From an uncultured Pelagibacteraceae bacterium (lineage in GTDB: Bacteria > Pseudomonadota > Alphaproteobacteria > Pelagibacterales > AG-422-B15): a DNA stretch of 64,000 nt. A program made the position numbers and the translations under genes. The notes below the pieces were generated by a model. That model worked only from the letters and a program-made list of their open reading frames with translations, made no database searches and was not told the origin of the DNA. The DNA lies in assembly GCA_902523455.1 (NCBI GenBank), contig CABYZG010000003.1:1625-65624 (forward strand). The letters run 5' to 3'. This document shows positions 49,079 to 58,144 of the stretch, piece by piece; position 1 is the stretch's first letter, and each line of letters starts with the position of its first letter.

Positions 49079-49594
49079 ATGAAGCATTTATATCTATTGA
49101 GACACGCTAAATCAAGTTGGGATGATCCTAGTTTAAATGATTATGAGAGACCTCTTTCTAATAGAGGAAAAAACAATTGTAACAAAATTGAAACATTTCT
49201 TTCACAAAAAAAAATAATACCAGATATTTCCTATGTTTCATCTGCAAGAAGAACTGTTGATACATTTAATTTAGTTCTTGGAAAAATACTAAAGGCAACA
49301 TCGAAGGTTGTTTTTAGCAATAAATTGTATTTATGTGACGAAATCTACCTTTTTGACTTAATCAAAAACACTGAAAATAATTATTCAAATATTTTAATCG
49401 TTAATCATGAGCCCACAATTCGAAATTTAACAATGGATTTAAGTGTACCCACCAAAGATGAAAAATACTTAAATATTAAAAATAAATTTCCAACTGGAAG
49501 TCTTGCAATACTAAAATCTGATTTAAAAGATTGGAGTGAATTAAAATATAATTCATTTAAAGTTACAGATTTTGTTCGACCTAGATTCTTATAG
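49079..49594 (+). CDS. sixA: SixA-like phosphohistidine phosphatase
   Basis: LLRHAKSSW, RPLSNRG, SSARRT, NHEP, FPTG; start moved to ATG 49079. Confidence 0.88.
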   Translation: MKHLYLLRHAKSSWDDPSLNDYERPLSNRGKNNCNKIETFLSQKKIIPDISYVSSARRTVDTFNLVLGKILKATSKVVFSNKLYLCDEIYLFDLIKNTENNYSNILIVNHEPTIRNLTMDLSVPTKDEKYLNIKNKFPTGSLAILKSDLKDWSELKYNSFKVTDFVRPRFL

Positions 49595-49595
49595 A

Positions 49596-50093
49596 TTATA
49601 TTGATGCAGCGTAATCAATTATACTATTTTGAATTTTTATTAATACATCGTTATCGGAGGATGATTTTATCCAATTATTATTTTTTAATTCTTGAATGAA
49701 TATTCTTATGTCTAAGGAATCTGCTGTTAAATCATCACCAACAATATAGACATCAATTTTAATACGGCTCTTTATATCTTTTTCAATTGAAAACCAATCA
49801 GTCAATATAAAATAGTCTTCTTTGTTGGCTTCCAACACCGGCATGAATGACAACTTTGCAAGTGAAGCCTTCCATAACTTTTCTTTATTATTGATTAAAT
49901 TGTCATTGTTGATTGAGAGTGATTTACCTATTTCATCTTTTATCCATTTATTAAGGCTTATCCCCCTTGAGTTAGGATTTGCTGCGTCTTCTCCTCTTAT
50001 ATGGCCAGAGTCTGCTCTTTCTATAGTTAATGGAAGTTGAGCGCAGTTAGTGAGAGTGACTAAAATAAAAATGAAGAAAAAATACGCTTTCAT
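49596..50093 (-). CDS. DUF3576-like lipoprotein
   Basis: Lipobox LTNC, LWKASLAKLSFMP, ILTDW, KIDVYI. Confidence 0.75.
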   Translation of the reverse strand: MKAYFFFIFILVTLTNCAQLPLTIERADSGHIRGEDAANPNSRGISLNKWIKDEIGKSLSINNDNLINNKEKLWKASLAKLSFMPVLEANKEDYFILTDWFSIEKDIKSRIKIDVYIVGDDLTADSLDIRIFIQELKNNNWIKSSSDNDVLIKIQNSIIDYAASI

Positions 50094-50133
50094 TACTTAT
50101 TAATATTACAAGATTGTTACACATTTATTAAAA

Positions 50134-50164
50134 TAACCAGAGTGCAATATTTGCACTCTGGTTA
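50134..50164 (-). terminator. Porin gene terminator
   Basis: Perfect 14-bp hairpin TAACCAGAGTGCAA-TAT-TTGCACTCTGGTTA followed by TTTT on the minus strand. Confidence 0.75.
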
Positions 50165-50201
50165 CCATGATCAACTAACTTGAAAGGATTGAAACAGTTA
50201 G

Positions 50202-51134
50202 TTAAAAGCCAATTTTGTAGCCAATGAAGAAGTTTTCAACATCCGCATTTGAGCCCACAGAAGCAACATGATATTCAATTGAAGCTTTTACACCTCCACC
50301 GAATGACTTTTGCAAGGAAGCAATTGAGCCATCGTCATCAGCCGTTGAGCCAGTATTATCGACATCAAAATACTCGTATTGAAATGTTGCATCCAATCCA
50401 GGAATCTTTGGCGTTTTAACTCCTATAACTGTATAGCTGTCACCACTATCCGAGTCGTATAGACCATAACCGATTGTGTAACCTGCAAGCTTAGGTGCTT
50501 TAATACCAATCATGTAGTTTTCATCTCCAGTTCTAGAGTCCGTATTGCCTTCATCGACAATGCCTCCTTTAACTGAAAAACCAGCGATCTTTCCTGATAT
50601 TGAATAAGCCATTATGTCGTCATAACCAGCCGTTGTTCCAAATCCGATACCCGCTTTAACAGTAAATCCATTTATTTTAGGGGATGTATAGACAATTTGG
50701 TTGCTATCATCAAAACCTGCTGCACCAGTAACGCCGTCACCATCTTCATAATCAGCGCTTAAGCCTTGAGGTAATTTTCTTGAGCTTGCAAATGATGATT
50801 TTACAGGGTGGCTATCCATACTATCAACGGGGCCGCCTGAGAGACCATTACCAAAAGAAACTGTGCCCATGTCAGAAATGAATGAAATATCAAAATCACC
50901 ACCTCCACCAGATTCGTAAGCCATGACACCTTCTATACCCATACCATTGTCTAATGTATCTGTGTAAGTCACATATGCTGATTCTGTAACTGATATTCTT
51001 TCCTGAGACGCGTAAGAGTCTCCAGATCCCCACAAGCCATTAAAAGTACCGCCAACAGTTACATCTGCTTGCGCACTTGAAAGAGCCATTATACTAGCAA
51101 GTGCAGTCGTTGCACTTAAGATTTTATTATTCAT
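50202..51134 (-). CDS. Outer-membrane porin
   Basis: Signal peptide (SSAQA), Gly/Asp/Ser-rich amphipathic strands, C-terminal YKIGF. Confidence 0.85.
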   Translation of the reverse strand: MNNKILSATTALASIMALSSAQADVTVGGTFNGLWGSGDSYASQERISVTESAYVTYTDTLDNGMGIEGVMAYESGGGGDFDISFISDMGTVSFGNGLSGGPVDSMDSHPVKSSFASSRKLPQGLSADYEDGDGVTGAAGFDDSNQIVYTSPKINGFTVKAGIGFGTTAGYDDIMAYSISGKIAGFSVKGGIVDEGNTDSRTGDENYMIGIKAPKLAGYTIGYGLYDSDSGDSYTVIGVKTPKIPGLDATFQYEYFDVDNTGSTADDDGSIASLQKSFGGGVKASIEYHVASVGSNADVENFFIGYKIGF

Positions 51135-51414
51135 ATATTACTCCATTAATTAATTAATAAATGAAGTCATACATGAGATTTCATAAAATTTTAGTTAAGT
51201 AAATATTAACAATTATTAAGGTCTTTTAAAATTTTGTTTCAGATAAATTAATATTATTTCAACTTTGTTAAGATTATATAACGGTTTATTTTTTTATATG
51301 TTAAATAGTAATTTTTTTATTTCAGAATTATTTCATTTTAATTTCTTATTATTAATTTTTTATTTCAAATTCATTAAGATGATTACTGTATAAAAAAATT
51401 TTTTTGAAGTGTTG

Positions 51415-52422
51415 TTATTTTGCAACGCGTGATGCAGTTTGATGTGACAAAAACAGCTTAGAAACCTCATGCCAATCAAATTTTTTACTATAATTTATAC
51501 AATCTGTACGACTCACTTTTCTCGCCTTATCAATTGAATTAATTAAATTATGATCAAGACAATTATGTTTAAAATTATCAAAAACATCAATTGGACCTGG
51601 AACAGGATATGCGGCCACGGGAAGTCCACTGGCGAGAGCCTCGATCATGACCATTCCAAACGTATCTGTTTTACTTGGAAATACAAAAATATCTGAAGAT
51701 GCATAGTACTGGGCCAGTTCACTTCCTTTCTTCACTCCTACAAAAACTGCATCAGTATATTTTTTTACTAGTTTTTTCTTAGAGGGTCCATCACCTACAA
51801 GTAATTTTGTACCTTTTAAATTTAATTTAAGAAAATCCTCTAGCGATTTTTCCTTAGATATTCTTCCTACATATAAATAAATTGGTTTTTCTAATTTGAG
51901 ATCAATCTTTTTTTTCGGATGAAAGGCTTCAATATCAACACCCCTAGACCATTTAACTGTTCTTTTAATTCCATGTGAATTAAGTTCATCTATAATTGAA
52001 TTAGAAGATACCATTACTGCGCTAGAATTTTTGTGAAACCATTTCAAAATTTTATATGTAAAAGATACAGGTATCTTAGCCATCGTGTTTATATATTCAG
52101 GAAATTTTGTACAATACGAGGTTGTAAACGCATAATTATTCTTTGAACAATAATTCCTAACCGCTAAGCCAATAGGTCCCTCTGTAGCAACGTGTATAAA
52201 GTCAGGCTTAAACTTCTCAATGATCAAGCCAATTTTGAACCAATGATTAATCGCAAGTTTTATTTCAGGATAAATAATCAGTGGAATTGTAATAAATTGA
52301 TCTGGAGTTATGTACCTAACCTCATGTCCTTGACTTGTAAGTTTATTACCAAGTGTTTGATAAGTTCTAACAACACCATTTATTTGAGGGAGCCATGCGT
52401 CTGATGCGATGAGTATTTTCAA
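51415..52422 (-). CDS. agt: GT4 glycosyltransferase (glycolipid synthase for P-free lipids)
   Basis: DAWLPQINGVVRT, YVGRISKEK, FPSKTDTFG, EALASGLPVAA; adjacent to plcP. Confidence 0.8.
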   Translation of the reverse strand: MKILIASDAWLPQINGVVRTYQTLGNKLTSQGHEVRYITPDQFITIPLIIYPEIKLAINHWFKIGLIIEKFKPDFIHVATEGPIGLAVRNYCSKNNYAFTTSYCTKFPEYINTMAKIPVSFTYKILKWFHKNSSAVMVSSNSIIDELNSHGIKRTVKWSRGVDIEAFHPKKKIDLKLEKPIYLYVGRISKEKSLEDFLKLNLKGTKLLVGDGPSKKKLVKKYTDAVFVGVKKGSELAQYYASSDIFVFPSKTDTFGMVMIEALASGLPVAAYPVPGPIDVFDNFKHNCLDHNLINSIDKARKVSRTDCINYSKKFDWHEVSKLFLSHQTASRVAK

Positions 52423-53241
52423 TTAACTTAATACCTTTACGGAGTCCTTATGTTTGTTCAAAATTTCATACTTTTCAACGATATCTTTCCAAAAAAGAAT
52501 TTCCATTGATCCATCAAAATTTTCTATCATAAAGGAGCAACTTTCTACCCAGTCCCCATCATTATAGTAATGAACTCCATTTATTATTCGATGTGAAGCA
52601 TGATGAATATGTCCGCAAATAACTCCTTTTAGATTTTTCTTTTTTGCATAACCTGCAACTATTTCTTCGTACTTATTAATGTAAGAAACAGCATTTTTTA
52701 CTTTTAATTTCAGATACTTTGAAAGCGACCAATATTTCAAACCCAATAATAATCTTAATTGATTAAATCTTCTATTTAGCCATAAAGCTAAATCGTATGC
52801 GCTAGCGCCAAGATGGGCTAACCAGGGTGCGATATTGATAATTGAGTCAAATTTGTCTCCATGCAGTATAAGATATTCAGATCCATCTACTGTCTTATGT
52901 TTGATTTCATTAACTACTCTAATTTCGCCTAGTGTTATTGGCACAAATTTTCTAACAAGCTCATCATGATTTCCTGATACATAAAACACTTTAGTTCCAT
53001 GTCGTGCTTTTCTTAGAATTTTTTGTATTACATCACTGTGACTTTGTGGCCAGTACCATCTATTTTTAAGTCGCCACCCATCTATAATATCTCCAACTAA
53101 GTATAGGTAATCTGATCTGGTATTTTTTAAAAAATCAAGCAACTGTTCAGCTTGACAGCCTTTTGACCCTAAATGAATATCTGAAATAAATATGGAACGA
53201 TATTTTAAGAGAGGAATAACATTATTTTTTTCGTTGACCAT
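52423..53241 (-). CDS. plcP: Metallophosphoesterase, phospholipase C of lipid remodelling
   Basis: SDIHLG, GDIIDGW, GNHD, HGDKFD, CGHIH, NDGDWVES; coupled to a GT4 gene with an upstream Pho box. Confidence 0.85.
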   Translation of the reverse strand: MVNEKNNVIPLLKYRSIFISDIHLGSKGCQAEQLLDFLKNTRSDYLYLVGDIIDGWRLKNRWYWPQSHSDVIQKILRKARHGTKVFYVSGNHDELVRKFVPITLGEIRVVNEIKHKTVDGSEYLILHGDKFDSIINIAPWLAHLGASAYDLALWLNRRFNQLRLLLGLKYWSLSKYLKLKVKNAVSYINKYEEIVAGYAKKKNLKGVICGHIHHASHRIINGVHYYNDGDWVESCSFMIENFDGSMEILFWKDIVEKYEILNKHKDSVKVLS

Positions 53242-53271
53242 AAATTTGGTAAAAAAGAATCAATAATCATT

Positions 53272-53305
53272 ACATTATCAATAATTTATGAAAGATTTGT
53301 TAAGC
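53272..53305 (-). promoter_or_regulatory. PhoB-type promoter of plcP
   Basis: Minus strand GCTTAAC-AAAT-CTTTCAT, then exactly 10 nt and TAATGT. Confidence 0.6.
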
Positions 53306-53321
53306 CATACTTTCTAGAAAT

Positions 53322-53377
53322 CTGTCATAAAATTTTAATATTCTTGTAATTTTTATGACAAAATTAAAAATTATGAT
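53322..53377 (+). promoter_or_regulatory. Second, divergent PhoB-type promoter
   Basis: CTGTCAT 53322, TTTTAAT 53333, TTGTAAT 53344, ATGACAA 53355 (all 11 apart), then 10 nt and TATGAT 53372-53377. Confidence 0.55.
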
Positions 53378-53383
53378 TTAAGC

Positions 53384-53575
53384 TTTGAGTAACTAGACAG
53401 AAGACTGAACTTCCTCATTTAATCCTCCACCCTTCCAAATATAAATGGGGAAGTTCTTCTCTTATTTCCATTAAGGTAATTTGTATATTGGGATCATTAT
53501 AGGAAAAAAGAGGAAAAATCAGGATTTTATAAAAAAAAAGGCCCAAACAAAGTATTTTGAAAGGGCCTTTTTCTT
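53384..53575 (+). ncRNA. Candidate Pho-regulon sRNA (~190 nt)
   Basis: Predicted promoter, 15-bp hairpin 53407-53456 with C-rich CCUCC loop, ends at a bidirectional terminator. Confidence 0.4.
53531..53575. terminator. Bidirectional intrinsic terminator
   Basis: A9-GGCCC...GGGCC-TTTTTCTT with an internal CAAA/TTTG stem. Confidence 0.75.
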
Positions 53576-53590
53576 GATTATTCAGTCTTT

Positions 53591-54010
53591 TTACATAGTA
53601 ACGCCAATTCGCATGCCTGATCTATTGTACAAAATATTCATCAGTACAAATACGAGTATAGATGCAATCATTGGTACAGGGTTTGCACCGCCGTCAGCTC
53701 CCATATAAATTACAATTAATCTAATCGAATTTATAAATGAACCGACAAGCATCATTCTAAAAAAAACCGTCGATTGCTCAATCGGCGCAAGCAAAGTTGC
53801 AACAAATGCAATTGCAAAGATTATATATGTCCAACCCAAGTTAGAAATTAACTGCAAATGATTTGCGTCTATGTCCCCACTACTAGTACCAAGTCGCTCG
53901 ATAAATGCAGTAGCCGATTCTGCACCAGTAAACATGAAACCATAAAACAGGAATAATAATGTTAGAAAACAAATTATTACTCTACTTATCGTGTCTTCAA
54001 CTTTAATCAT
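53591..54010 (-). CDS. Hypothetical 4-TM membrane protein
   Basis: Four hydrophobic segments; GGAGGA SD upstream. Confidence 0.75.
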   Translation of the reverse strand: MIKVEDTISRVIICFLTLLFLFYGFMFTGAESATAFIERLGTSSGDIDANHLQLISNLGWTYIIFAIAFVATLLAPIEQSTVFFRMMLVGSFINSIRLIVIYMGADGGANPVPMIASILVFVLMNILYNRSGMRIGVTM

Positions 54011-54019
54011 ATATTCCTC

Positions 54020-54814
54020 CTAAAAATTAGATTGGTTTCTGAAGTAAATAGTCATTAGAACTATAAAATTCAAAATTATAAAAATTGCTAATAGAGGATT
54101 CCCGCTATCAGGATTGGTGGCAGTTCCAACCATTAATGCCGCAAGGAACATTGCAGCACCCACAGCACCCATTGAAACAAGAACGCCACTGAAACCCACT
54201 CGATACTGGTAAACCAATGAAATTAATATCGCTATATTAATCATAGTTATTCCAAGAACAGCATGCTCTGCTTGAGGACTGCTTTCAAGGTATGGTGTTT
54301 GTCTTATAAAACCACCAGGATCAATTACGTAACTGACAATATTGATTACACTTATAAGTATCGCAATGTAGCCCATAATTTGTGATGTTTTGTCTGTAAC
54401 GCCAAAAGCACTACTAGCCTTATCGTATGTAAAAGGCATTCCTGCTTTTACTCTCGATACAACAAGCAAGGCTAAAAGAATTATCCAGACTACAAGACCT
54501 GTAATGTTTTCCTCTCCAGTTTGTGCATTGGACATAATAATCCAAATTACTTGAAGCAGGACAACAGGTATTGCATAGGCAAAGAAGCCTCTATCAAGAC
54601 CTTTAAAACCCATATAAAGGATACCTACATATGCAACAAAGCTTACTGCTCCAAACCAGTTAAGAAAGAAAACTGTTGTTTGGTTATTCTCAAATGTTGG
54701 ATATCGTTCCATCATGAAATCTGTGTTGAACATCATGACGGCGCCATAAGCAAAAAATATAAGTCCTGCTAGAAACATGCAGCCTTGTATTAATTTATCG
54801 TCAGTATTAAACAT
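54020..54814 (-). CDS. Hypothetical 8-TM membrane protein (two-repeat)
   Basis: Two ~125-aa 4-TM halves, each resembling the downstream ORF. Confidence 0.75.
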   Translation of the reverse strand: MFNTDDKLIQGCMFLAGLIFFAYGAVMMFNTDFMMERYPTFENNQTTVFFLNWFGAVSFVAYVGILYMGFKGLDRGFFAYAIPVVLLQVIWIIMSNAQTGEENITGLVVWIILLALLVVSRVKAGMPFTYDKASSAFGVTDKTSQIMGYIAILISVINIVSYVIDPGGFIRQTPYLESSPQAEHAVLGITMINIAILISLVYQYRVGFSGVLVSMGAVGAAMFLAALMVGTATNPDSGNPLLAIFIILNFIVLMTIYFRNQSNF

Positions 54815-54989
54815 TTTAATTCCCCTATTTAATTAAAAATCAATTGAGATTATTAAGCTTAAATGCATATTTGAAAATTAAATTATCAATTATAATCATC
54901 TAATTTTTATCACTTAATAATTACAAAATGATGTATATTAAGGTCTTAAATTTGCTAAAACTTAAAGTAATTTATTAGAAATTATATAT

Positions 54990-55871
54990 ATGCAGTTGAT
55001 TCAATTAATAATTGATGGAGTAGCTTCTGGATGCATTTATGGGCTTGTAGCATTAGGCTTTGTACTAATCTACAAAGCAACGGAAACCATTAATTTTGCT
55101 CAAGGCGATATACTTATGCTCGGAGCGTTCGTAGCCTACTCACTTATTGGCATTTTAGGCATGGATTACCTCACAGGTTTTGCTCTTACTGTTTTAATAA
55201 TTGCAGTTTTTGGATTTTTCCTTGATGCCGTTGTAGTAAGGCAGATTATTGGACAACCTGCATTTGCAACCGTAATGCTAACTATCGGTTTAGGTTTTAT
55301 TTTTAGAGGATTTGCATCAATTTATTGGGGAACTGATATATTTTCATTCAGTACTCCTTTCTCTGGAAAGATAACTGAGTTTAACGGTCTTATAATTTCA
55401 TACGTCAATCTCTCTATCATTGTTGGAACTGCAGTTTTAATGTCTGCACTTTATTTCTTTTTTACATTTTCAAAAATTGGTGTGGCTATGAGGGCATCTT
55501 CAGAAAACCAATTAGCTGCCTATTATATGGGAATACCAGTTAAATTTATTTTTTCATTAATATGGTCAATATCCGCAGGTGTTGCCGCCGTTGCGGGTGT
55601 ACTTCTTGCACCAATTACTTTGGTTGACACATCAATATCATTGATTGGTCTAAAAGCTTTTGCTGCAGCTGTTCTAGGAGGATTTGGATCAATACCTGGA
55701 GCAATTGTTGGCGGTATTATAATTGGTATTGTCGAACAATTATGCGGAACTTACGAAAATTATTTATTTGAGGGGGTAAGAGAAATATCCGCTTACCTCG
55801 TTCTGATCTTAACACTAATTATTTATCCAAGAGGCTTGTTCTCAGATAAAGCAGAGGTCAAAAAAGTATAA
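54990..55871 (+). CDS. livH: Branched-chain amino acid-type ABC permease
   Basis: YGLVALGFVLIYK, INFAQG, AAVLGGFGS. Confidence 0.9.
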   Translation: MQLIQLIIDGVASGCIYGLVALGFVLIYKATETINFAQGDILMLGAFVAYSLIGILGMDYLTGFALTVLIIAVFGFFLDAVVVRQIIGQPAFATVMLTIGLGFIFRGFASIYWGTDIFSFSTPFSGKITEFNGLIISYVNLSIIVGTAVLMSALYFFFTFSKIGVAMRASSENQLAAYYMGIPVKFIFSLIWSISAGVAAVAGVLLAPITLVDTSISLIGLKAFAAAVLGGFGSIPGAIVGGIIIGIVEQLCGTYENYLFEGVREISAYLVLILTLIIYPRGLFSDKAEVKKV

Positions 55872-56944
55872 TGAGATTTATTTTTAAAACAAAATATTCA
55901 CAAGATATAAATATTGCAAAACATAACGGTGATCGTTTTTGGTATTCACTGCTTATTTTAATCATGGTTGCGTTACCGCTTGTATTAGATGATTTTTACT
56001 TAGGTGAAATCTCATATATTTGCATTCTATCCATTGCTGGTATTGGTTTAATGATATTATCTGGATACACAGGTCTTGCATCCTTAGGTCATGCAGCGTT
56101 TTTAGGAGTTGGCGCTTATACTCATGCCTTCTTACTTACGAATGGAATACCTTTTTATGCGTCAATTCCTATCGTAATAGTTGTTTCATTTCTAGTAGGT
56201 GCAGCAATTGGAATACCAATCCTACGCTTAACAGGGATGTATTTAGCTATCGCAACATTAGCCTTAGGCTTTATTGCGGAACATGTTTTTATAAAATGGG
56301 AACACTTTACAGGTGGCAATAGAGGGTTGCCTGTGCCTCAACCAGAATTCTTGGGTATGAGCTTCTATGACAGTGTTTTCTTTTATTATGTCTGCCTTGT
56401 CTTTCTTATTGCAGCGATGTTTGCGGCAATCAATATACTCAGATCTCCAACTGGGAGAGCGTTTGTTGCTATTCGAGACAGTGAAATTGCAGCACAAAGT
56501 TTAGGCGTTAACTTAGGTCTCTATAAAGCTTTATCATTTGCTATTTCTGGTGCTTTTACTGGATTAGCAGGTGCATTACTTGCTCATTACATTGGTTACT
56601 TAGCTCCAGATATATTTAATATCTTTTTATCTTTAACGTTACTTTTGCTTATCGTTGTTGGTGGAATGGGAAGTTTACATGGAACAGTGTTTGGAGCAAT
56701 ATTCGTTGGCTTCTTACCGCAATTAATTGCCATCTGTCGTGACTATTTACCAAGCTCTATTGGCTCACAACCAGGTCTTGAGCCAATGTTGTTTGGATTA
56801 ATACTTGTATTCTTCATTTTATATGAACCACTTGGGATTTATGGAAGATGGATGAAAATAAAATTATTCTTTGAACTGTTTCCTACTTACAAAAGACAAA
56901 CATTTAAGAAACAAAAAGTATTTACTAAATCGGACCGAGTATAA
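55871..56944 (+). CDS. livM: Branched-chain amino acid-type ABC permease
   Basis: GYTGLASLGH, YLAIATLA, SPTGRAFVAIRDSE, VVGGMGSLHG. Confidence 0.9.
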   Translation: MRFIFKTKYSQDINIAKHNGDRFWYSLLILIMVALPLVLDDFYLGEISYICILSIAGIGLMILSGYTGLASLGHAAFLGVGAYTHAFLLTNGIPFYASIPIVIVVSFLVGAAIGIPILRLTGMYLAIATLALGFIAEHVFIKWEHFTGGNRGLPVPQPEFLGMSFYDSVFFYYVCLVFLIAAMFAAINILRSPTGRAFVAIRDSEIAAQSLGVNLGLYKALSFAISGAFTGLAGALLAHYIGYLAPDIFNIFLSLTLLLLIVVGGMGSLHGTVFGAIFVGFLPQLIAICRDYLPSSIGSQPGLEPMLFGLILVFFILYEPLGIYGRWMKIKLFFELFPTYKRQTFKKQKVFTKSDRV

Positions 56945-57702
56945 TGAGTTTGTTTGAAGTAAAAAATATCACTGTAGCATTTGGAGGAGTAAAAGCCCTT
57001 AATGATGTATCGTTTGGTGTCGATAAAGGTGAAATATTTACAATAATTGGTCCTAACGGAGCAGGTAAATCAACACTCTTCAATGTAATAAGCAGAATCT
57101 ATGAGCCAAGCAAAGGTGAGATATATTTTGAAAATCAAAACATCTCAAAAACTAAGCCTCACAATATATCAAAGCTTGGAATAGCAAGAACGTTTCAAAA
57201 TTTAGAATTATTTGAAAATGCAACTGTTCTACAGAATTTACTTCTTGGACGACACATTTATAAAAAAACGAATATTTTATCTGAGGTATTTTTTACACCC
57301 AGTGCCCGCAAGCAAGAACATGAATACAGGCTCAAAGTTGAAGAAGTAATTGACTTCCTAGACCTTCAGCATTACCGAGATACTCTTATAAACGGCCTTC
57401 CCTACGGTGTTCGCAAAAATGTTGAGCTTGCAAGAGCTCTTTGCACTGATCCAAAATTACTTCTATTAGATGAACCGTCATCAGGATTAACAAATGAGGA
57501 AACAATTGATCTAGGCTTTTGGATAAAAGATATTCAATCTTTATTAGGAATTACCATAATTATGATTGAACACGACATGAGTTTTGTAAATAAAGTTTCA
57601 GATCGTATACTTGCGCTTAATTACGGTAAGATACTTGCATCTGGTCTACCTGAGGAAATTAAAAATAACGCTGATGTTAAGCAAGCTTATATGGGAGAAT
57701 AG
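56944..57702 (+). CDS. livG: Branched-chain amino acid-type ABC ATPase
   Basis: GPNGAGKST, ARTFQNL, LPYG, LLDEP, IEHDM, VKQAYMG. Confidence 0.9.
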   Translation: MSLFEVKNITVAFGGVKALNDVSFGVDKGEIFTIIGPNGAGKSTLFNVISRIYEPSKGEIYFENQNISKTKPHNISKLGIARTFQNLELFENATVLQNLLLGRHIYKKTNILSEVFFTPSARKQEHEYRLKVEEVIDFLDLQHYRDTLINGLPYGVRKNVELARALCTDPKLLLLDEPSSGLTNEETIDLGFWIKDIQSLLGITIIMIEHDMSFVNKVSDRILALNYGKILASGLPEEIKNNADVKQAYMGE

Positions 57703-57813
57703 TAGATAATCCCATAATATAAATCATTGATTTAATTACATAATTAATTGCCGTTTCACTCTCCTCTGACAGCATTAATAAATCTACCTGAAAACTAACA
57801 TTTTTTAATTAAA

Positions 57814-57836
57814 TTATTAAGAAACTAGTCCAAAAC
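57814..57836 (+). repeat. 23-bp direct repeat, left copy
   Basis: TTATTAAGAAACTAGTCCAAAAC, identical to 59619-59641. Confidence 0.9.
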
Positions 57837-57883
57837 ATAGGTAATTTTAACAAAATTGCCTTTTTACATCTGTACTATAAGAT

Positions 57884-58144
57884 TTGAAGATGGAATTTAT
57901 ATCTGATTATTTTGAGGTTATTGTTATTGTTCTTCTTATCGTAATAATAATTATTCAGGTTATGATAAATGATAATCGAGCGGAAGATGATAGAAAGCAG
58001 TTGGATGTGTTGATGATGATAGACAATAACTTGGAAGAAACAAACAAGAAGTTGAATGAAATTTCAAACACAGTCCACGATATCAACTTAAAAGATAATG
58101 TTGGGGATATGGTCAAAGATATAAGTACCATTGATGAAGAATGA
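57884..58144 (+). CDS. Hypothetical single-TM, coiled-coil small protein
   Basis: N-terminal TM followed by an acidic helical tail. Confidence 0.6.
   Translation: MKMEFISDYFEVIVIVLLIVIIIIQVMINDNRAEDDRKQLDVLMMIDNNLEETNKKLNEISNTVHDINLKDNVGDMVKDISTIDEE

Noticed and set aside
52423-53241. LpxH (lipid A biosynthesis) annotation
   Set aside because: Coupling to a GT4 gene and a Pho box fit PlcP better
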